DNA of 64,000 nucleotides from a virus: IMG/VR virus record IMGVR_UViG_3300002835_000047, positions 1 to 64,000 of that record; one strand, 5' to 3'. Shown piece by piece: positions 59,901 to 64,000 of this stretch (position 1 is its first letter; each line of letters starts with the position of its first letter). The notes under the pieces were generated by a model. It saw only the letters and a program-made list of their open reading frames with translations, ran no database searches and was not told where the DNA came from. The position numbers and the translations under genes were made by a program.

Positions 59901-62900
59901 ATGGGTAACGATTATGTTACTGAAAGAAAACCTTTGTTTTTGGATAATAATGGTAAAACTACAACTGTTAACACGGGTAAGCCTGCGTTAGATGAAAATG
60001 GTAAGCAAAAAACTTCTGTAGCAATCTCACATGAAGCAGCTGACATGGAAGTTTTAAAGGATCTTTGGAATGAACTCAAAGAAGAACTTCCGGAATGGGC
60101 CGCTTTATCTGAAGAAGAAGGTATTGATGTAGATAACTTATATGGCAAGCTTAGAATGTTTGCTAACAACAAAGAAGGTTCTAGATCAATTGGTGCGGTT
60201 GTATTGCCTAACCTATATTTAAATCTTCTTCAGGAGTATGATGTAAAAATTGAAAGTACCAAACTTAATAGTGAAGAAGTATTACCTCAAATTGAATTTG
60301 GTGGATTTACATTTAGAAACTTTAACAATACGTTTGAGTTAAATGAAGACACTAGTCAAGGTAAAAGAACTCAGTATATAATATCTGCTTTAATCACTGC
60401 AGCAACTGATAACGCTAAAGAAAGACTTTTGGCTAAGCTTGGTTTAAATATCAATGCTTTATCAATTGTAGCAAATCTTACAGCTTTGGGTGTTCCTATA
60501 AAAACTTCAGTTCTTTTGGTTAACCATCCTGTTATTAGGCAAGCTTACTTTATGGAAGCTAATGCACCGGCTGATCAAAAGATATCTGCAAGATCTATAG
60601 TGCAAGAACGAATTAGTGCACTAGAAACAACATTTCTTGAAGAGGAGGAAAAAAAACTGAGAACTTCCGTCACTCAAAACTCTTTAATGGAAGCAATTGA
60701 GACACCATTAATTAAAGCGAATGCTACTGAGGGTGATATGATTGAACTTAGAGAAAGTAATGAGGTAACAAAGATGCAAGTCATTGATGAAATTTCAATA
60801 TTAGAACAGTTTTTAAATGCTTATAAACTAGCTAATACTACGCGGTATATGGGTGATATCTTAAGTCTTACCAACGGTTTAGGTCAAGGTCTTGAGGCAA
60901 TTGATAAGAGAAATGAGGCAATAAAAAAATTAGGTCTTAATTTATCTAAGGAACAATTTTCAGCATTAGGTGTTAATAGACCAATGATTGATGCTAGACC
61001 TGTGTTCAAAGGTCTTACGTGGCAAGCCGGTTATCTTGAAAGATTCCAGGAGTTTACTAATTTGTTATTACCGAAAGTAGTTCTTTCAACAACTCCTTTA
61101 TTTAGAACAGTCACTGAAGAAATAGCATATCAAACTACGGTTAATAGTTTACCTTATGAATTAAAAGATAAAACTAAAACAAAAATTGCTAAAGATTTTC
61201 TATCTTATTTGACAATTAAAGCTTATATCCAAAATGGCTTAGTTAATAATTCACAGTCTATAGCTACTCTTACAAATGGATTAATTTATAATCAAGACGG
61301 TATTGAAAATATAACTAAAGTATTGGATAGACTTAGATCAACTGAAGAAGGTGCTAACAATTATTTTTTGAACTCTTTTATTATTACTGAAAAAGCAAAT
61401 TTAAAAGGTAATAAAACCGGTTTAAATTTAGCTGGTGCAAATACATTTTTAAGATATAATGATTCTCAAAAGTTAGACATTCAAAATGGCTTTATGGCTT
61501 TGTATGCTGATCCATTAACAAGATCAGATGCAAAAACAATTGTGCATTATATGATGGTCAAAGATGGTTTGCAATATGGTTATAAATCAATTGTTGAAGC
61601 TGTAGCTCCAATTGCCATTGATAATTACTTATCCCATATTGATACAGTACAGGCGGCAATAGAAAGACCTAATGATACTATATTTAAGTCAACATTTGGT
61701 ATGAGCATAGATGACTTAGTGATTGATTTTATGAAGGGTTATTTAACATCATCAATTAACGCCTATATAATTAAAAAAGTAAGAGCAAAAGTCTATGATC
61801 CGGAAACAAAAATTATTGGTATTGAATCTAATTTTACTAAAGAACTAGCTTCGTCTAATTCTGAAGCTATTTTTGTTTTTGGAGATAATTTTGCAAGGCA
61901 AGGCACTGTTGGTAATAGTTCTATAAGAGGTTTGGATAATGCTTTTAGCTTATTCTTTAAAAAGGATATGAATAGAATTGATTCTTCTTACTACACAGAT
62001 GATGAAGCTGGAGATTTTATTACGATCTTTGATGAGCAAATGGAACAATTAACAAATATGATTGCTGAAGAAAAGAAAGTAATTTTACCTAAAGAATTAA
62101 TTTCATCTTCAGAACTAGCTGACTTTAAAAAGAATAGTCCCGTTGTATTTGATTATGTAAAGTCAAAGCTTTTACAAGAGTTTCAGTATAACATTGAAAC
62201 TAAAGAGAAAAAATCTGATGAAGAAAAGAAAGCAGCAAGAGTTTCAAATGTTAATATCTTAAAATCTCCTGTTCATGTGGATTCATCCGGTGTAGTATCA
62301 AAATTAGTTGTTAATTTATATACCGGAATTTCAAGACTTGAAAAAACAAATGCTGTCACTTCTAAACGTGATGTTCCTTCTAGTTCAAAATTAACTAAAA
62401 AATTTGGAAATCTTTTTATTAAAAACAAAAAAGCATTATATAAAGCTGGTTTTAGGAATTTAATTGATTTCAAAAAAGGTTCTGAATTTTACACTGAGGT
62501 AGAATTCCCAATAGTTATTAGACAAAATGTTGGATCGGACTATAAAGCTATATATAAATATTATGTACTTGCAAGAACACAAAGTTTAATTCCATCAGAA
62601 AATTTAATTAACTATAATAACAAAGCTGTCGGTAGTTATGCTGAGTATGTTGAAGTAGACATAAAAGGTTCAAACGCTCAGAATCCAATTGGTTTTATGT
62701 TTGGTGATAGACCTAATACAAAAGATCTAAGAGAGTTTGTAAAAGAAGTTAATTCTGATGATGCTAATTTTAATCAGTTTGATGATGAAAAGTTTGACTC
62801 AGTAATAGACAAAGCTGATTATGGATCCGGTGTGTCACTGCCTGTAAATTCAGAAATAACAGCGAATGAAAAAGGTATTCAAGTTAATGGTCAAAATATT

Positions 62901-63263
62901 AGTAAAGTAAAAGAATCATCTGAATCTTTTGAATCTGAAAATCTTGCAGAAAGTGATATTGAAATAACGGGTGATGAAAATCTAACCGATATAGATAATA
63001 ATTCAATTAATATTTCGGCTAGCTCATTCTTTGCTAGTTTACTAGAAAATGAATATTCAGAACTTAAGAGTTGGTGGGATCAGAATATAGATGGTGTATC
63101 TGATGAAGCTTTGCAAAATAAAAATAAAATTAAAGAACTAACTAAAGATCCTAATATGAAATTTAAAGTAAATGACTATGATGATTTTTTAGATGAGTTT
63201 AAACAAAGTGGTTTTCAAAATGAAAAAGAATTTATAGAACACTTCAAAAATTGTTATCTTTAA
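47925..63263 (+). CDS. Giant virion polyprotein containing the crAss-type DNA-dependent RNA polymerase and a zincin-like peptidase
   Basis: 5112 aa. RIPSQ...SGADFDIDKL, with DFDID at 59511-59525, is the catalytic motif of the crAss-like phi14:2 gp66 RNAP family. HEAFH at 54345-54359 with a downstream EEYMADEF. Confidence 0.88.
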   Translation: MLNANTNERLMSEGGLPQTNPQIPDSSKFEFQSVYDFFSPPDTPEFNQIMDPEYENMLRQHAQQINSYAPAAIGNLNTPTPTLSSETYNPTKQRTGYNLSTPDGIHALLNDFSGVIKSDKPVIANPIAAGIRESNFDRYYKHPKFSKLGWHPYADNESFYNANSSWWDDFGRMSTQFGNLASTGFVSSYRSIGDLFDSDSYFSGTDMESASEFSDAMRIGNSTRGGVAGFANNLALQFGYTAGIIGSIAVEELALSAGAALQGYMNPLADAALAGRTALNMGRLGRSIAQSFDVTRFAGATRNMYNTLRSVDAAKDFYSFAKTGGRIAGQIFAPETYRAIKTLNSTANGAQNLTNMAKVSKTFGGFYRDLRSLNLALSESKMEGGMVYAQQLANNYDYYSEKNNGTPVTEEQMGLITENASRAAYWTTLQNAPTIFFSNQLLLGNAFGAYNKSLSRILNDNVSGLAGRVIRAKGITEAGKAVTRPFIDAGTGLKGLYNTVKAAGVRGSVQMGAHASLRYFAANLSEGIQELTQEAIAHGTKDYHLEILKDPASGGKDLLSATIASAVGSQFNSQGFETFMSGFLMGGLAQGPQKLLFQGLPSLYQRTFEKEKFEEYKKNKETYINNLVNSLNDAYEITANDPMSSIFDTNKVNLVSQKQASDNILQSIFDDSEFDFVDAKDFSKFQSIYTVLSSGKASDFKAQFRDYLKMTNEELAQIFPASKKDIKSGKLASRMQDMINKIDQLEDSFNENKNKFQNPFNSSIYRKGTREYNEERIKEMSFEHARYLYMFTEDGFKRALERSKLLYDDLASDPIVGKMAASDITVLLDQNSLAKEIKMLLSEISVLDPKENKEIIEAKTNKLKGLDAVFNVLYAKENLNAKGNFDKRKINKLRKAFETYVQLLAKSNGTFADQNKIKEALKKIIDYKDLSERANAYNKSIEYMNNPDRFDEIRLRAYEFYKSIFRNRAQVFKESLKNYISKSEINQFLNELDKLNVIPDPEEVKIFMQNGDINVLQNFYSESGLVGKNTDPDIYDQIQGLINIYKSSVEPTVTEKPEDEATAKSNVEENIDALLESAKIDDAPEKAETSVYGTEPNINPFIKKLLEAKYRLYVGRQISLGKSPVSQINWLKGKEAESYLNAYKALKKVWYNDLKNSGQQSLIETNGNFDIGFEEWLKSKQDDPIIDKVFDIVDLTIHDFIKIPTPNSSFVSNTSDKVVDDTFDNVVIIENKTLIDDPDTGLSTQTSIFTVRTKAGQLIEDAYTKAAGVSSGAAFSNISKAREAAKKLDPLLVENTPFKFGDKEVFYGSSVYDKNGDGYVVIGTAPEVQRGGKLFLLPFDKIKNASTKQERNRLAKKVTEDEFTNDYVLDEFNFSRLSENTSKLLVDEAVGVYSFRNANETEEQANLRLQTILENLTPEEKKFLLVIKRNPKEGVRGKYKIGTKDENPYINKVAEPFSVGLTFADPNTRSRINNILSQNGIELSSDPNGVFGFVRTGSVQFVNKKNEVINPVNLPKEIIDDTFKIYESQEPNAVTNIRNNFAIQQAFVDQIADKMEGVDSIIIPANELPEFSFNIGSSVYVKNKSERSIYDLKYNTVDGVRVLMINDKLKDGTILSRILTDIDDIDESNAFVNKLESDLKAQPGLFEVLQKSQRYVLLIKSPNGLFTGAPLKTNRLSDDQIFELGRELIKEGIRTINENLVGEGSVETKKIKDPNFNIEFNRAFNKKFYITTNIEGYTVEINVNSDGTFRAELYDKNAKKVIGTSYINEGRQGTLDYQDVENPDIIERLLDNLQKKGIDKATQDYKEDKKKDPSLEIPEWTKLEISKSNVRDSFQEDATVDTVINNTVTNLDVNVRTNYKLRLNAGSNTIQEVLLFAATPAAIQQENKVVVEETPVAPVSEIEAKKADIERRRKISLTKITAEQAKNISGIQDLEGYYEINGFWEGVYITDKFEGRSTPYKSAITANSEKELLDNINAKYDAELVALEGVKPAPIAVTTQEVTAPLKRELQQNQVRIKEIEAEIDNAESDMVKASQLMEDNAERQKLIARNREIQRKLLANKIVSKTLSEQEVADIDEFVIWANNNLPNFITVEDISNLRDNLVTNGVRVGAFVLSMNQIAGGMTVKGTLYTGAKSPYKYHEAFHGVFRSLLSNTQQDKLYKIAEAELKAKLGNKFEEELSKFRNSADSYKAMSRKALEKEFYEEYMADEFDKFKMDPRSTKANPAIKNFFTRLIEWIKSLFSSYSPNELQELFKNIDSGKFKSASPINNRFTDSLANGITLANKIIPVEMIESETGAFGYRTLDNDFARSLISSISARVIMLEQENKNANFNLKEAVNDSFNRFRALYSTKREAYKTMELTPEQKSNLRDIEKAFSDFSDFIKEGVYDQLKYYDIKTRNVEDDLEDLEEQVGDRLRTTDQYDKDVTSIGGFSSLSSFLRKYIGTTSISEMDQFGNEYLIDQEKDINGNVIEGTGEKLLITVDFATAYNGFLKAVKNINDPIKILQRLYFFGINNPQTQAVVNKLFLDLGIKWEGQLENDQLPQYSSTIIEKFRNGQEVTPEELKEGINRPLLFQAVLKGFENARVDYLFIHRSPGDKVTTYTAANRDDANTQVDRWGQAYIQKFKRLKTSKDARDKIVKELQTLGSYLQFVGKDEKVSKKLKSREDDILLKDAINFSKVIEEYLGISLSPKFIEFSIAKNLEELTPYQKALLNANSNAKVLEQTDVVEITKAIASNQNLFTIDEGVKIRLKVIALSNAEFDENVGASVFKNPNGDLVYAHQLPSFHLKKVNSLNDITDNGAKIEKLKNSDDYLKDNFLLNSEAFKQLSAEGKLRVLRISGSKIGNIDFDEDGLMSETSGRTPSSGTTYGDSTPREFILNLINSYNYDVDSSKGKLKNKISWAAEDKTINVAAIAPVLLRVLESSNTGDMMALPVFKAVEKNSKGETVLTDQALDAILNNIAAEFTRIQKESNPETATQELYVGYNALAIESTETGTEEIIPINVNSPSINKARAFNFHKTGVLLSPLGQKKESRQGIVTIQTSDIKLERIEKGKQTSLIYDQKAAEQFIGFTSTGVVRDAIVKTKDGDKNIQKKIIGRGLIRVTPENRERIFEDFKGSISLIQNDQFKYEVRIGNKKFYVESINEQKFLQGKKPMYMYDLMEVGEAGLMDQVTALIGGFEAEGYLDKLTEAARSQEFAGLTFMEAIQKLGIKESELKGFLQNRMNQEFAEFNITLDELVGAEGGLGNFLTNGIQSGSGTITTESREAGRLLNIIPEDKAYNLKQIFFNDYINTTAINQILLGDSAYSLKDAVDEIKRAKAQSASYYSAASTVAAPEYGIYKPLQEISLFELTEPIVNSTHNISKIKNADAQLWMTTKAFRNFQYGFGKLTPAQAALFDKIENGDDVSADDIFGTEESTGYAKRQEMLNSQKLVYADGKTFVKMSAFPLLPQFTSIKDSEGNYTIPKPNKVALHNLRVKLEAFEKENDTVSVAAPRSALKMMQKNVSNIHSVTGTTNPLSQDQSVTLNANYLGLQVINPSNKTVITDPTQVKTLVTSEQNDSTEVIVNGKKITLGEVRAAYHKATRDRGNLNYINKRNLIFSFDLEYAIDELHKSIKENAITADLYTYLRYAEASLASTGSSSHLMELFSLDESGNQKYNLNNPLTYDKFLNLFMSYFSKSVFNEKLPGATISLVSDYGVRVYRRVLSVDENGMPDKYEIITEAQYEAMANKPGIAFNIDEGSYPGNDENLAGLNDAVKKSKGAGVVIIDRLRHNMKEYDSNGKETGQRYGEMILPPHHKEVMEQLQLQGKSIPDVVGKMFAVRIPSQDNHSTYNVKWIDFMPAIYGSSGVFARELIEISGADFDIDKLYTQFKEFYLENNKFKEYGKATTDDAKYIEYINYVNKKVKDSDSIYSEALYKYNGRGVGKAISITYEDLLSAKSRGFTENSINALLVLGMPVTLADYKKYKEKFRHEPYAAAINNDILDYKFALMGNDYVTERKPLFLDNNGKTTTVNTGKPALDENGKQKTSVAISHEAADMEVLKDLWNELKEELPEWAALSEEEGIDVDNLYGKLRMFANNKEGSRSIGAVVLPNLYLNLLQEYDVKIESTKLNSEEVLPQIEFGGFTFRNFNNTFELNEDTSQGKRTQYIISALITAATDNAKERLLAKLGLNINALSIVANLTALGVPIKTSVLLVNHPVIRQAYFMEANAPADQKISARSIVQERISALETTFLEEEEKKLRTSVTQNSLMEAIETPLIKANATEGDMIELRESNEVTKMQVIDEISILEQFLNAYKLANTTRYMGDILSLTNGLGQGLEAIDKRNEAIKKLGLNLSKEQFSALGVNRPMIDARPVFKGLTWQAGYLERFQEFTNLLLPKVVLSTTPLFRTVTEEIAYQTTVNSLPYELKDKTKTKIAKDFLSYLTIKAYIQNGLVNNSQSIATLTNGLIYNQDGIENITKVLDRLRSTEEGANNYFLNSFIITEKANLKGNKTGLNLAGANTFLRYNDSQKLDIQNGFMALYADPLTRSDAKTIVHYMMVKDGLQYGYKSIVEAVAPIAIDNYLSHIDTVQAAIERPNDTIFKSTFGMSIDDLVIDFMKGYLTSSINAYIIKKVRAKVYDPETKIIGIESNFTKELASSNSEAIFVFGDNFARQGTVGNSSIRGLDNAFSLFFKKDMNRIDSSYYTDDEAGDFITIFDEQMEQLTNMIAEEKKVILPKELISSSELADFKKNSPVVFDYVKSKLLQEFQYNIETKEKKSDEEKKAARVSNVNILKSPVHVDSSGVVSKLVVNLYTGISRLEKTNAVTSKRDVPSSSKLTKKFGNLFIKNKKALYKAGFRNLIDFKKGSEFYTEVEFPIVIRQNVGSDYKAIYKYYVLARTQSLIPSENLINYNNKAVGSYAEYVEVDIKGSNAQNPIGFMFGDRPNTKDLREFVKEVNSDDANFNQFDDEKFDSVIDKADYGSGVSLPVNSEITANEKGIQVNGQNISKVKESSESFESENLAESDIEITGDENLTDIDNNSINISASSFFASLLENEYSELKSWWDQNIDGVSDEALQNKNKIKELTKDPNMKFKVNDYDDFLDEFKQSGFQNEKEFIEHFKNCYL

Positions 63264-63266
63264 TAT

Positions 63267-64000
63267 ATGGCATGTTTTAATAGAAATACACAGGAATATA
63301 AAGATCTATTAGGTAATTTTAATAGTAATCTTAAAGTTGACGGTATCATTACCGGTTGGCAGCTAGCAAATAACAGTGATAAATTTCCCACTGTAGCAGA
63401 AGCCAATCTGTTTTTGAAAAATAAAAAAATTGCTTTTAATCTTAAAAAAAGAGATTTTTCAGATGTCTTATTGTCAAATCTAGTTAATAAGCGCCTTGTA
63501 AGTAAATACAAAGATGCATATTGGGTTGTTAATTCAAATAGAGCTTCACGCGTTTATGATGAATCTGTATTGCAAAGCAACTTTAGTAAAATTAAAAGAT
63601 ATCTTCAAATTAATAATATTCCGGTAGAGGCTTTACAATTTACTAGAACTAGGCAATCTATTAAGATTGCAGTTGATGATTCTATATTTAGCCCTAAAGA
63701 TTTATTAGAATCTTCCAGGTCCTGGGATACTAATAAAAGTAAACATGTTATTGTTCATTTAATGAGGTTGTTTCCAAATCTTAGGATTGAAATGACTACT
63801 GTAGCTAAAGCAAAAGCATATTACGATTCATTACCTGCATGGCAAAAGGCAAATGTTAAATTTGAAAAAGTAAATTCTTATTTTGATCCGGTTGCTAGCA
63901 AGGTTTTTTTGGTTGAAGGTAGAGTTACAGATGAAACAGCTATTGAAGAAATACTTCATCCTTTTACAGATGCCTTGTATATAGAGAATAGAGGTTTGTT
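63267..64000 (+). CDS. Large protein, partial (runs off the window end); probable second cargo polyprotein
   Basis: ATG at 63267, 3 nt after the upstream stop, open to the window end: MACFNRNTQEYKDLLGNF...TAIEEILHPFTDAL. EExxH variant of the zincin motif at 63945-63959. Absent from the ORF track. Confidence 0.85.
   Translation, partial: MACFNRNTQEYKDLLGNFNSNLKVDGIITGWQLANNSDKFPTVAEANLFLKNKKIAFNLKKRDFSDVLLSNLVNKRLVSKYKDAYWVVNSNRASRVYDESVLQSNFSKIKRYLQINNIPVEALQFTRTRQSIKIAVDDSIFSPKDLLESSRSWDTNKSKHVIVHLMRLFPNLRIEMTTVAKAKAYYDSLPAWQKANVKFEKVNSYFDPVASKVFLVEGRVTDETAIEEILHPFTDALYIENRGL

Noticed and set aside
63260-63511. 83-aa minus-strand ORF
   Set aside because: It is antisense to the open + strand gene starting at 63267.
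1-64000. Stop-codon reassignment (known in some gut crAss-like phages)
   Set aside because: Genes are long and intact in the standard code, and TAA, TAG (e.g. 1133, 2052, 39856) and TGA (e.g. 4231, 6125) all end genes at sensible positions.
1-64000. tRNA genes, CRISPR arrays, integrase/transposase, or DGR reverse transcriptase
   Set aside because: None was seen by eye. Intergenic gaps are too short for arrays, and the fibre repeats are degenerate coding duplications rather than adenine-specific TR/VR pairs. A tRNAscan-SE run would be the definitive check for tRNAs.

Overview
The window is about 64 kb of a crAss-like (Crassvirales-type) phage genome, most likely infecting a Bacteroidota host. 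It is AT-rich, read in the standard genetic code, and almost entirely encoded on the + strand. It starts at a strand-divergence point: a partial minus-strand gene, then a GC-rich hairpin/G-tract island. Next come an endolysin, DNA-binding and nuclease genes, and a small accessory cluster that includes a SET-domain protein and GroES. The crAss-type head module follows (TerL, portal, putative scaffold, major capsid protein, conserved head/neck genes), then a Dps/ferritin-like gene, Cys-rich virion proteins, two fibre proteins, a metallophosphoesterase, an IHF-like gene, ring proteins and the muzzle/tail-stabilisation protein. The window ends with a block of putative virion cargo proteins and a 5112-aa polyprotein carrying the crAss virion RNA polymerase motif DFDID, followed by the start of a further gene. 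The most interesting observations are: (i) modular cargo proteins punctuated by about 10 copies of a (M/Y/F/A)-Q-x-G-G motif that flanks putative ART-like, HExxH peptidase and transglycosylase-like domains; (ii) a SET lysine methyltransferase in a phage that also encodes HU/IHF-like proteins; (iii) a candidate 3'UTR small RNA whose loop is complementary to the leader of the scaffold-capsid operon; (iv) a recurring variant Bacteroidota-type promoter; and (v) small or partial genes missed by the ORF track. All product calls come from motif recognition and synteny only; no database searches were run.
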